64,000 bases of DNA from Eledone cirrhosa. Lineage: Eukaryota. The stretch's first letter is position 1. Each line of letters begins with the position of its first letter. The stretch covers positions 45,012,001-45,076,000 of the forward strand of contig OZ024747.1 of assembly GCA_964016885.1 (NCBI GenBank), written 5' to 3'. Positions 27,775-41,392 of this stretch are shown here, piece by piece. Made by a program: the position numbers and the translations under genes. Below the pieces are notes generated by a model. That model was not told the DNA's origin. It saw only the letters and a list, made by a program, of their open reading frames with translations, and ran no database searches.

Positions 27775-27830
<56 letters not shown>

Positions 27831-28729
27831 ACATTAGGAATCAATAAGGGAATCTGTTCACAAACTTCTACAATCACAACGGTCCTGATGCTATAAGAGC
27901 TGATCTATTTAGATTAATCTTTAAACTAATGACTTAATCTTGCCATATTTTAAAACATTGTTTGCTGTTCACTAATTTGTTTCCACGTTAAGAAAATGAG
28001 TGAAATTACCGTAATTTAATGAAAATGTACATCACTATCAGGCCCAGCCAATCTCCTCTCAACCATTTCCCTCCACCTCTCTGTCTCTCTGTCATTCACT
28101 CTTCCTCCAACACTGGCTTTATTATTTCTATGAAACTCCTCTCTAGTCACATCGTCAATCACTCACCTTCACTCACCACTTTTTCTTTCACTCTTTCATT
28201 TCTTCATGTCTGGCAGAAAGGAATTTCAACCGATTCCTTTCTCACTCACTTTCTCTCTCTCTGTATGCTTCTCTTTTTCTCTCCACTCGATCTCATCGTT
28301 TCTTTCTCTTTTTTTTTCTGTCTCTCTGTATCCCCCCCCCCTCTCTCTCTCTTTACGAGTCTCTATATCACACCACCCTCACTCTTACACCTCTCCTTCT
28401 CTCCCACCCCTTAATTTCTTGAATTCCAGCCCAAACACATTTCATTCTATCATTATCTCTTTCTCATTTACAATAATTCACACACACACACACACACACA
28501 CATATATAAACGAAGCTACTTACATTTACAGACTCATAAATACATATAATTACACACATATACATACACAAACACCCATGACACTTACAAAATACTCAGA
28601 TACACAAAACACAACCATTCACATATGCATTAGATATGTTATACAAACACATATTTACACAAACAACTGCAAATACACACACACTCTGACAGTGTCTTTC
28701 TTTTCCTCTTTCTCTCCCTCTCTTTGTAT

Positions 28730-28773
<44 letters not shown>

Positions 28774-28778
<5 letters not shown>

Positions 28779-28949
28779 AACCAGATGGACCATAACGCAC
28801 CAGAGTACTCAATACTTAGAGTAGTAGAGTGGGAAATAGGAAAAAGTATGACCCCGACGGCAGAGCTCAAGCCGTTTCGACGGCTATTTCTGGACTCAAG
28901 AAATAGCTGGCGAAACGGCTTGAGCTCTGCCGTCGGGGTCATACTTTTT

Positions 28950-28954
<5 letters not shown>
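28774..28954 (-). mobile_element. Penelope-type terminal fragment with inverted duplication, in (TA)n
   Basis: Hairpin 28836-28954; outer segment GAGTACTCAATAC..AGTAGTAGAGT resembles GGTACTCAACTCAATACATAGCAGAGT at 55372; flanked by (TA)n on both sides. Confidence 0.55.
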
Positions 28955-29014
<60 letters not shown>

Positions 29015-29455
29015 TCACACACTCACACATATATATATATATAACCTTCACATCCAAATGTATTCTCTCTCACATCCATTACCCCTAAGCTCTGCTCCAC
29101 ACACATTCTCGTATCTCTCCTCCTCTCCCTTGTTCAACCACCATCCACCCCAACCACCGAGAAGGCAATGTTCCAAAACCAATCAAGAGTTGAATTTATC
29201 CCATCACATCATAGAATAGAGGAGACATCACAAAGACAAAATTAAGTAAAAACCATTGAACTTGTTGTTGTCACATGGGATAATTTACCTGCATGGGCAA
29301 CATTCCATATGTGCAGTTACAGCTGTCTAATCAGCTCCAGAAATGTAATGCATTAGACAGCACCGCCACTACCAGTAGAAGCAGCAGAATCCTCTGGCCA
29401 TATGTACACAGATAACACACACATGCATACATAAGTACACAGAAACACACACAAA

Positions 29456-29456
<1 letters not shown>

Positions 29457-29552
<96 letters not shown>

Positions 29553-29571
29553 GTCTATCTATCTATCTATC
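29457..29571. repeat. (TATC)n microsatellite
   Basis: Direct reading. Confidence 0.95.
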
Positions 29572-29876
29572 TTGGCCACAGGCAGTTTTATGAAAGGTGG
29601 GTGATAGTGGCGAGAATGGCTCGTGTAAATGGGCCTTCTCTGTATACCATCCTGTAGGTAAAGAAGTAAAGGAGAGGGGAGCACCTTCTCCATGTGCTCC
29701 CCGGGCAAAGGATTGCACACTTTTTCGGGGGTGTGTGCAACCCCCATCACGTCCCCTCCCTTTTGAGGTTATTTTCGATTATTTTCATGTTACACCCTTT
29801 TTACTCGATTATATGTAAACTCCCCCTTTGTATTTGTCCCTTCTTTTTATGCCTTTATGGTAAATAAAGAAATATA
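29572..29876 (+). mobile_element. L1/Tx1-clade LINE 3' end, copy 1
   Basis: [24 protein letters not shown] followed by a 3' UTR ending AATAAAGAAAT(ATCT)n; homologous to the next copy. Confidence 0.7.
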
Positions 29877-29942
29877 TCTATCTATCTATCTATCTATCTA
29901 TCTACCTATCTACCTATCTATCTATCTATCTATCTATCTATC

Positions 29943-30322
29943 TGAGATAGTCTCCGGTGAGCAACTGATTCGTTTTTTCAAATATCATTTTGGAAGAAGA
30001 ATCAGGATGGAGAGAGAGGTGCTGTACCCCAGCAAATTTTATAAAAGGTGGGTGAATGTGGCAAAGATGGCCCGAGTGGTTGGGCCTTCTCTCTATATAA
30101 GCCTGTAGGTTGAGGAAAAAGTACTCACTCTTGGTGCTCCTGGAGATGAGGGTTGTACATTTTTTCAGGGTGTGTACAACCCCGGTGTAACGCCTCCTCC
30201 CTATTGGGGATTTCAATTGTTATTTGTTATTGTATTAATAGTTTTATTTTCATATACCTGTATGTAAACTCCCCATTTGTATTTGTCCCCTTCTTTGTCC
30301 CCTTGTGGCTAATAAAGAAATT
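29943..30322 (+). mobile_element. L1/Tx1-clade LINE 3' end, copy 2
   Basis: EIVSGEQLIRFFKYHFGRRIRMEREVLYPSKFYKRWVNVAKMARVVGPSLYISL* resembles the Tx1 ORF2 C-terminus (R...E......F..RW); same UTR and TATC tail. Confidence 0.7.
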
Positions 30323-30423
30323 TATCTATCTATCTATCTGTCTCTCTATATATATATATGTAAGTATATATACATATATATATATATAACTATATCTATA
30401 TGTATACATATAGGTATATATAG

Positions 30424-30577
30424 AGGATGACCAAGGTTAACGTATGTTGATGCCCTAAGGACAGACACTGGTCTGTTGGAGACGCAGGACATGGCAGCGA
30501 TAATGAGGGACAGAGACCACTGGAGAGAACGCGTACATGGATCTCGGGAATTTTACCCGCCCTAGATAGATAGATAG
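30424..30577 (+). pseudogene. 3' fragment of a second RTE/RTEX-like LINE with (TAGA)n tail
   Basis: [46 protein letters not shown] (GRP...DR..WR C-terminal motif); the stop codon runs into TAGATAGATAGA. Confidence 0.7.
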
Positions 30578-30609
30578 GTATATATATATATATATCTATA
30601 TGTATACAT

Positions 30610-30663
<54 letters not shown>

Positions 30664-30765
30664 ACATAGGTATACATATGTATATATCTATCTATATGTA
30701 TACATATGTATATATCTATCTATATGTCTACATATATATTTACATATATATTTATATGTATACAA

Positions 30766-30846
<81 letters not shown>

Positions 30847-31574
30847 GCTACATGTATATATATAGCTACATGTATACATAGGTATATATATATATATTTC
30901 GTTTTTGTATTTCTTTTGCAAGATTTCTTATCTGAAAACGTGTGTTGAAACATATATTGTTATACTTTGGGAGGTCAAGATGCCAATAAAAACACATGGA
31001 CTTGTAATTTTTCACTTCAATTTATTATAAATTCCCAGGTGGTTGGTTTAATAACTGGATGGTTGTTTGTTTGTTTATTGACAAAACTCTTTTGCCACAC
31101 ATTCTGTGACATCATCAGTGGTTAATTTGTTATCTTTGTCTCTCCTATGTTCTATCCTTCACCATATTGTTTTTCTGTTCTGTGTGCTGTGTACTTGGGT
31201 TGTGCATGCGTTATATCCCTCTGTGTGTTTTTATTTATTTATTTATATGTTTATTAACTTGTCATAAGTTGGTTGCTTGTTCTATCTGTGTGTATCTGGT
31301 TTGTTTTATTAGTTTGGTTCTTATGTGTCTCTGTTGTTGTCATCTATATAGTGGCAGTACGTAGCCAGAGTTATAGAGTTCCTTAAGTCTCCTGTCCCAC
31401 GATACCATAGTGAAAACAGGAGAATGGTCACGTATACACATCAAATTCCTTCTTCAACCTACAGCACCTGTGTACATACACAAACCAATATGTATGTATG
31501 TTTAAATAAATATGTATATATATACATGCATACTCACACATATACATATATACATGTGTATATATATATATATA

Positions 31575-32350
31575 TGATGCCTGCATACGAACAGCAAAGA
31601 GTGAGACATGGGCATTGTGTGCAGAGGATATACGCAGACTAGAGAGGAATGAAGCTTGCATGCTCCGCTGGATGTGTAATAGTAATATACGTGAACGGCA
31701 AAGCATAAACAAACTAAGGGAAAAATTAGAAATAAGAGGGATCAGATGTTGTTTACTCGAGAGAAGACTACGTTGGTATGGTCACGTGATGCGCATGAAA
31801 GACGACAGCTGTATAAAAAAATGCAGGGCAATAAAAATAGACGGTAGCCACGGAGTAGGCAGACCCAGAAAAACCTGGGACGACTTGATAAATTCCGACC
31901 TCACACACTTACACCTCTCCAAGACAATGTCACTGGACCGAGATCTTTGGCGCTACACAGTAATAGAGAAGACTCGCCTTACCTAAGTACAATGTGAAAC
32001 CTACTACAGTCAGTAGGCACCTCTAACAAAATACACCCCCATCCCACTACCCCCACCCCATCCACACCACCCCTTTCAATGTAAAGTTATGTTGGTACCA
32101 CAACATCCAACCCGAAACAAATGAGGTCGTGTAGGTGTCACGACAAAAAAAACACACAGTCCACGCTGTAATGTGGCCGTGTAGGTAACACGGTAAAAAC
32201 CTCCCAGTTGGTGTTAGGAAGGTCATCCAGCCGTGAAAACACGCCAGACAGTCCTATGCGAGCAAGACAACCACTCTTGCCTCAAGTGGGAAAACTCCCG
32301 TCCAAACCCATGCAAGCGTGGAATATGGACATTAAACGATGATGATGATG
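31575..32350 (+). mobile_element. RTE LINE, 5'-truncated (ORF C-terminus plus 3' UTR)
   Basis: ORF 31615-31986 RRLRWYGHVMRM...GRPRKTW...DRDLWR; UTR ends GGACATTAAAC(GAT)n; flanked by (TA)n. Confidence 0.9.
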
Positions 32351-32371
32351 ATATATATATATATATATATA

Positions 32372-32565
32372 TATAATTTTTGCTACTTTTGGCACAAGGC
32401 CAGCAGTTATCCCAGTGAATTACTGGTACTTTATTTTATCGACCCCGTAAGGATGAAAGGTAAAGTTAACTTCAGCAGGATTTGAACTCAGACTGCAAAG
32501 AGCCGTAACTCTATGCTGCAAAGCATGGCGTCCGACCCACTACCGATACTGCCAATCCCCCGCCT
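32372..32565 (-). mobile_element. SINE family A copy
   Basis: Full length, flanked by TATATATATAAT on both sides. Confidence 0.9.
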
Positions 32566-32640
32566 TTATATATATATATATATAATGGCAGTACTACAGC
32601 CAGCATGGTCTCAACTTGTTGGCTGGAACACGTAATAGAG

Positions 32641-32687
<47 letters not shown>

Positions 32688-33351
32688 TGTATATGTGATA
32701 TATATGTGCGTTTGTGTATGTGTATGTATTTGTCTATATGTATGTAAAATGTGTTTTTGTGTGTTACTTTGAACATTTACATGCAGAATGAAAGTAGTTT
32801 ATGCATGTTTGCATCTGTGTGTTTGTGTGCATGTGTATTCACTGGTGCATATTTACACAAATGTACGTGTTCTGTTTGAATATGCATATATATATATTGC
32901 ATATATATATTATATATATATATTTATATATGTATATATATATATATATCTATGTGCGTTATCTGCCTTCATTAATGTCCAATTGCAGAAGGGAATTCGT
33001 TGTTTGAATATCCATGAAATACCAACTTGTGAAGTAGGAAGACTCTCTCTGAGTATAACATGTTAGACAAGCAACATCCGTTACAAGACAAGCCTATGTA
33101 ATTACATGTTTCTCTCAAACAATGAATCCTAAATTCCCTACAACTTAATTCTTCATGTGTCCACTCTTTACCTTCACTCGTACAACCTTTTCTCTTTCTT
33201 CTTTTTATCTTTTCTAAACTTTTAAGAAGATTTCTCAAATAAACACAAGGAGTAACTTGTTCAGCATTTTTGAAAATTTTATTTATTTCTGTAAATAGTT
33301 ATTTCACTTCACTTGCAATATGCCTGGTTATGTTATGATGTTTTTATGTAT

Positions 33352-33540
33352 TATAATTGTTTCTACTTTTAGCACGAGGCTAGCAATTATCCCAGTGCAT
33401 TACTGGTACTTTATTTTATCGACCCTGTAAGGATGAAAGGCAAAGTTAACCTCGACGGGATTTGAACTCAGACTGTAAAGGGACGTAACTATGCTGCAAA
33501 ACATGGCGTCTGACCCTCTACCGATACTGCCAATTCACCG
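33352..33540 (-). mobile_element. SINE family A copy
   Basis: Full-length match. Confidence 0.9.
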
Positions 33541-33582
33541 AATGATTGCTATCACTCGTTCTATGCAATAAAACTGTTTATT

Positions 33583-33883
33583 TTAACCCTTTATCATTTA
33601 CATTACTCTATAAAGGTTTTACCTTACATAATTATCTCACATAATATCGAATCTATGAGATTTTAATATTATTTATTTTGAGAACATCATCATCATCATC
33701 ATCATCATTTTACGTCCGCTTGATGATGATGATGATGATGATGATGATGTTCTCAAAACAAATAATATCAAAATCTCAACAATACCTTAATATCAGTATG
33801 AGCAACTGGTTACAGCTGGTTTGAACAGAGAGAAGTGAGAGAATTCTGGCTGGATATGGCCAGTTTTAATGCTAAAGAGTTAA
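33583..33883. mobile_element. piggyBac-like MITE family 1 with internal fold-back insertion
   Basis: TTAACCCTTTATCATTTAC ... AATGCTAAAGAGTTAA; extra inverted segment 33656-33778. Confidence 0.8.
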
Positions 33884-34529
33884 TGTGTTTATATTTATCT
33901 AAAATCTTCCAAAATAATTTTATATATGAAGCTATGGTTCAAACAATGTTTTAATAGCAAGAAAATTATATTACTAAATCTCTCCGATGTCTTGACTGTT
34001 GTCTTTCTCTATTTTAATATCATATTGCCTTTTATTAGACATATAATAATGAATTTATTTTTTATCTAAAAACCTTCCATCATAAGAACCTTTTTAAAGT
34101 TATGTTTGAAAGTTATGTCTTAAAGAGAAAGATAGTTATTTAATTAAATACCTTCAAATGTTTTTAATTATTCTCCAAATTAATTGAAAATAATAGTGTT
34201 ATTTTATTAGAAACATGATAAGGAAAGGGTTAAGAAGATTTCTTAGACATGCATAAAAAACACCTCATTCAGCATGTTAGAAAATTTCCTTTATTTCTGT
34301 AAACAGTTAGGCGTTTTACTGGCTATATGTCTAGCTGCAGTTTGATGCTTTTAAAAAAATTGTATATGACTTAATTAAAATATTCTCTCTTTTGCAAAGA
34401 AGTGTCTCTTTAAACTGGTTAAGTGTGTTGTCAGAGGTACTTAAACATGCATAGTTGTTTATTTACATTTATATGAATAGTTGCAACATATTGATAATAA
34501 ACAACAGATGAGAGGTGAAAACTTTTTGT

Positions 34530-35823
34530 TTAACCCTTTAGCATTCACATTACTCTATGTATACTATTATATTTTCATGGTAAAAGCTTTACCTCACACT
34601 TTAACCCTTTAGCATTGACATTACTCTATATATACTATTATATTTTCATGGTAAAGGCTTTACCTTACACTTTAACCCTTTAGCATTCACATTACTCTAT
34701 ATATACTATTATATTTTCATGGTAAAGGCTTTACATCACACTTTAACCCTTTAGCATTCACATTACTCTATATATACTATTATATTTTCATGGTAAAAGC
34801 TTTACCTCACACTTTAACCCTTTAGCATTCACATTACTCTATGTATACTATTATATTTTCATGGTAAAGGCTTTACCTCACACTTTAACCCTTTAGCATT
34901 GACATTACTCTATGTATACTATTATATTTTCATGGTAAAGGCTTTACATCACACTTTAACCCTTTAGCATTCACATTACTCTATATATACTATTATATTT
35001 TCATGGTAAAAGCTTTACCTCACACTTTAACCCTTTAGCATTGACATTACTCTATATATACTATTATATTTTCATGGTAAAAGCTTTACCTCACACTTTA
35101 ACCCTTTAGCATTCACATTACTCTATATATACTATTATATTTTCATGGTAAAGGCTTTACCTCACACTTTAACCCTTTAGCATTCACATTACTCTATGTA
35201 TACTATTATATTTTCATGGTAAAGGCTTTACCTCACACTTTAACCCTTTAGCATTCACATTACTCTATATATACTATTATATTTTCATGGTAAAGGCTTT
35301 ACCTCACACTTTAACCCTTTAGCATTCACATTACTCTATATATACTATTATATTTTCATGGTAAAGGCTTTACCTCACACTTTAACCCTTTAGCATTCAC
35401 ATTACTCTATATATACTATTATATTTTCATGGTAAAGGCTTTACCTCACACTTTAACCCTTTAGCATTCACATTACTCTATATATACTATTATATTTTCA
35501 TGGTAAAGGCTTTACCTCACACTTTAACCCTTTAGCATTCACATTACTCTATATATACTATTATATTTTCATGGTAAAGGCTTTACCTCACACTTTAACC
35601 CTTTAGCATACACATTATTCTAATATATACTATTATATTTTCATGGTAAAGAGTTTACCTCACATAATTATCTCATATAATATTGAATCTATGAGGTTTT
35701 GATGTTATTTATTTTGAGAACAATACCTTAACATGAGTTTGAATGACCAGTTACAGCCAGTTTCAACAGAAAAGGGTAGAGAATTCTGGCCGGTTTTGGC
35801 CGGTTTGAACATTAAAGGGTTAA
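34530..35823. repeat. 16 x 71-bp tandem array of the MITE family 1 left end, last unit continuing into a complete MITE
   Basis: TTAACCCTTTAGCATT recurs every 71 bp from 34530 to 35595; element ends ATTAAAGGGTTAA at 35823. Confidence 0.92.
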
Positions 35824-35829
35824 TAAATG

Positions 35830-36300
35830 TCAAGAAAGAGCTGGAGATGTAGACTCAGCACATATTCATCCATCGTTAGCCATGGCATACCCACAAGAAG
35901 CAAAAGAGTAGGTACTTCAGTTTAGTCAGACATAGACTGGGACAAGGCATGGCGGTCAGGTGGTTGTAGATGATGGATGCAATGTATGAGTTCGCCATGA
36001 CCTTTCTGCCCATTTGTGGCCGATAGAGGTCACTCTGCTCATCCCCCCGTCCCAGGTTTTAGTTATTTGGAGGTCTGGACCAAACCAGACTCCTAGCAAG
36101 TTAACTGGTCAATCCAATGACATTGTTGAACAGCGTGTACCTGCCTTCCAGGTGCCGAGTTGCTGGCCCACCAATGTTTCCTGGTTAATTTCTGCTCCTG
36201 TTACTGCTTCATACTCCTTGAGAGTGGTGCTGATTATCTTAATTTGTTTGATGCTCAACACCACTATGGTTATGTTGTCAACATATGCTGACATGGATCT
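35830..36300 (-). pseudogene. L1/Tx1-clade reverse transcriptase fragment
   Basis: SAYVDNITI (decayed AYADD) ... LKEYEAVTGAEIN ... QLGTW, then MANSYIASIIYNHLTAMPCP..CLTKLKYLLFCFLW. Confidence 0.8.
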
Positions 36301-38960
36301 CCCACATCTTAGTTTGTGTAGGATGCTTCCATCGCTTTGGCTGGGATGGGTAGCTTGGCCCAGGTTTTCTCATGTTTGATAAGCTTCCATACTTGGATCA
36401 AACATTGATGTTTGTCTGTCATGGACCTTTTTTTAGCTGCGCTGCAGAAAATGTGCTTTTGTTGTTGCTGCTGTTACTGGTGGTAGTGTTGTTCACATTG
36501 TTGTTGTTGTTGTTGCTGCTGTTGCTCCTTTCACCTGTTTCATTTTTGTTGTTGCTTTTACTGCTTTCTTTGTTAAAGTTGTTGGTGGTGGTGTTGCTAA
36601 TATCATTGTTGTTGTTGTTGTTGTTGTCAACATTGCTTGTTGTGGTGGTAATAGTCACATTATTCATAATCTCTCTCTTTCTATAGAGAATTTTCTTTTT
36701 ATTTGCCACCAGGGCATCAAAAAGTGGGACAAGTACAATGGGGGCAGTTTACATAACAAGGCGTCCTCAATAAGGAGGAGGCAATAACAAAATATAAAAA
36801 TAAAATAAAATATAACAAGATAGAATTTATCTCTTTCTATAGATAGATAGATAGATAGATAGATAGATTGGTGTATGTATGTATCTACATAAGTGAGTAT
36901 TGATAAAACTGGAAAATATTTGCTATTCAATACAGAGGTTTGGTTTAGAACCTCTTTCCCTAACCTGCTACATCTGTAGAAACCTGTCCCTAAAAGTATT
37001 TGTAATGAATTATAGCAGTAAGTGGTAATGTTTTTGATAGTTTAGTTTGATTCATAACTATCTTTTATTCTTTACAATTGTACCTTATTGTCTGAATTAT
37101 AAACAGATTTGGAAATTCTAGACAAAACATTCCATGTCATTGGTGGTCTTTTCAGATATTTCAAAGAGCACACCTGACATCTTTTGTTCCAGTTGCTCAA
37201 CTTCAGCTTTTCTTTACTCATCATTCAGTTTGTCCCACTTTGTCCCACTTTTTAATCCACCCTTACTTCAAGTTTAGGAGTACCTGCAAAGGTACACCTA
37301 AACTATGACCCTTGATATTGATTGGCAGATGTTCAAGTTACACATTAGCTATATCAACCACAGCACAGCATTGTGGGATAGATTATAGATGTTATATGTC
37401 CAACCTCTCTAAGGTTATTTAGGCAAAGCATCAGGTGAATTAAGCTCACTAGACTAGGAAGTATTGAAAATATTATGGGTAGAACCAACTTATTAAAAAC
37501 AAAATATATAACTAAAACCCCATTCACAGATGCAATGATCTGTGGCTTATAAATAAACAAAACAACAAAAATAAAACAAAGCTACTTTTTATTTTATTAT
37601 TTCTTTGACAGGAAGGAAAGAACAGAATCTAGGAACCTTATTTTTTTAGTGCCTCTGAGACTAGTGGGAGGAAATCAGGACATTTTTCACTAACTGGAAA
37701 CTCAGCCCAAAAGTTTTGGGTGGATTAGACTCTGCTAAAGGCTTCGAAGATCAGGTGGTGATGATAAACTATGCAACAGTTTATATCTGTTACATAAAAT
37801 CTCAGAATGAAAAGAATTGGAACAAATATAGAAAGATATCTTGGTCAACCTTAAATATTTCACCAACCCACAGTCCTGAATTGCAGAGGATGATGGGAAT
37901 AAAGCAAGTGATGAATGTGTTGAAGAAAGATGGAATGAGATAGTCACTTTCATATTTTCTTAACTCGAGCATGACATGGTCACCTGACCTAGCATTGCTC
38001 ACAACAGAACAACTCGTCTAACTCATGACAGCGTGGAAAATGGATGTTAAACGGTGATGAGGAAGATGATGATGATAACCCAGCTGAGTGAGAGGAATGA
38101 TGAAAATAAATGTGAACAGAAGTAGAGGAAGACCTAGTAAGATATAACTAAAGATAAAGGCTAAGAAAATAAAAGCAAAGAAAATAAAAGCAAAGAAAAT
38201 TGAGGATTCAGAGGATCTGGAGGAACTTGTCATGCACTCTGTCTCCTGCCAGACTAAACCCTGATTTAGGAACAAAAATGGTCCTAAAACGCTTCTTGTT
38301 GTACATAGGCTGAAGAACACAAATATTTTGAGAATTTGATGTTTGATGCTAAAAAAGGTATTGAATTTGTTCTACTCTTTAATGAAATTTAACTCATCAA
38401 CACATGAAACTGCCCCATTTCAGTATAAAGCAGGTGGTTAATGAGCTTTTCTCCTCTCCTACCATCAGTTTTGACAGGGAGTGTAGGTAGGATTAGACAA
38501 AAAAAGGAGTATTAGTAGGGGTGTTGTAATTTAGACAGATCTTTCCCCCTCAATGCTGTAAACATCCCAAATGAACAATCATAGGTCAGTCAGACTTGTG
38601 GCTGCATTGTATTTATAATTCTTTGATTCAGGGGCTTTTGTGTGTGTTTTTCCATTACTGAAGATGTCAAGAAAGTAATTCTAATCTACTCTGTTATCTT
38701 TTCTAAAGAAGGTTTCTCTCTCTGTCTTCTCATTGTCTTAATTTCAATTAGTATGCAGCCATAAAACTTCTTTCTATTCATATTTAACTTAGAAAAGAAG
38801 ATAATAGGCTTAATGGAAGGAAATATATGTTAAGAAGGAATTTCAAGATATAATCATACTGATGATAGAAAACAAATTACTGTATAATGAAATAACAATA
38901 AAAAAAGATTTATATATATTTATGTGTAAATATGTTTATATATATAAACATGTCCGTATG

Positions 38961-39645
<685 letters not shown>

Positions 39646-40329
39646 AAAATTATTAACTTTAAATTTAAAAGCATTTAAACAAAATATTTCTTAATGGGGA
39701 GTTATATTTTATTAATATTTATTGAATTTAATGAATTCTTGTATATGTTGTCCCTAATTATTATATTTTCTGATTGGTGTGATCACTTGATAAACAATTA
39801 CTTTATTCATCATATGACTGTGTATATAAATAAGCAAATTCAATTTAAGTTTCCCAAAATATCTACTAATCTTGACCATTTAATATTTTTGTACTTAAAT
39901 CAGGAGCTACATAATTCAAGTTCTAAACTATGGTTTACATTTAATAAGGGTCTACATTTTTCAATGTATTTTTATTTATTAATCCTTTCATTGTCATATT
40001 TCTAATGACAGGCACTGCCTATGATTTTCAAATAATTTTGAACGAATTTAGTAATGTAATTAATTTTTTCATTATTAAAAGTTCTTACATAAAATCATAA
40101 TGGGATATTTTAAGATAAATATAAACATGTTTACACTTTTTTTATGATATTTCAAATAAAAGACACTGTTAAGATTTTTAAATCATTAACTAGCTTCCTC
40201 ATTATTAAGCTGGTGTTTGGAGTATAATATAAGAAACGATCTTACTTAAAATTACAATGAAAAGTTTTTCATAAACACTTTAAAATAGACAGTTTGAAAA
40301 CAAGAATCAATCATATATAGGAAGCAAAA

Positions 40330-40702
40330 TTTGAATTTTTGAAATCATGTTAGCTTAAAGTATAGTACTTCACTGTAGCTTTTTTTTTTACTAGGAAAAT
40401 AGTAGGGCAAGTTGGTTATATAAGCCTAGATATGGAAAATGTGTAAGTATTACCTATGGGAATCAAACTCTCACCTGCTGTATGCTAGATCGTTCCGATA
40501 CCATTACATCAAAGCAATACTGCCCACTTATCTATACTTTTTAAGCCTTATTTCTTGGCAGGTATGAGTTTCATTTCCGCAGACAGTATTGTTCACTTTT
40601 TCTGTCTCTAGGGTGGGGGTGTGGGGGCTTATATACCCAAGATGTAAAAGGACCTACTTTGAAGTAACTTACTTTAAGGTAAAATACTTCCAAAATTCAA
40701 AA
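40330..40702. mobile_element. decayed TIR element with internal tRNA-like sequence
   Basis: TTTGAATTTTTGAAATCATGTTAGCTTAAAGTATAGTACTTCA versus reverse complement of right end TTTGAATTTTGGAAGTATTTTACCTTAAAGTAAGTTACTTCA. Confidence 0.5.
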
Positions 40703-41163
40703 CAGTTTTGAATCATGGAACCAGGGTTGGTTTAAGGTGATCTTTTTTTGAAAGTGTAAAGATGGTGACGTGTGATTTGAAGGAAATATGGCTGCCATTT
40801 CTATAAAGTTGATTGACTACGTAAAAACTTTGTCATAGGCTCATGGTCAATTAAATAGTAGTCCAAGGAGACAACTCAACTATTCGTATTTTTTTTAATG
40901 ATTCAATTTAATTTTCAAACATCATAAATATTTGGGGAGTAGAGTAGAAAGATAATATTTTAATGATTGCTAACATTGGTCCAATTAAGTTGAAATCAGA
41001 TTGGTTTCTGGGTGGTTTTTATTCTAAGGCACCGACTTCAAGGATTTAGTCAGTCCTTTCAAAGCCAGTTTTTATTTCATTTTGGTACTTATTATATCAA
41101 CCTATATCTATCAAACCATATAAACAGATACAACATATATACAACAGCAGTTTTTAAGCATAT

Positions 41164-41392
41164 TTAACCCTTTAGCATTTACATTACTTTATATTTATTA
41201 TTTTATTTTCACAGTAAAGGCTTTACCTCACATAATTATCTCACATAATATTGAATCTATGAGATTTTGATATTATTTGTTTCAAGAACAATATCTTAAC
41301 ATAATTATGAGTCGCCGGTTACGGCCAGTTTGAACAGAAAGAGGTGAGAGAATTCTGGCTGGATATGGCTGGTTTAAATGCTAAAGGGTTAA
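41164..41392. mobile_element. piggyBac-like MITE family 1
   Basis: TTAACCCTTTAGCATTTA ... TAAATGCTAAAGGGTTAA, perfect TIRs. Confidence 0.9.

Noticed and set aside
28206-29219. 337-aa ORF, the longest in the track
   Set aside because: Strings together CT-rich, CA and TA repeats and a hairpin; no domain-like content
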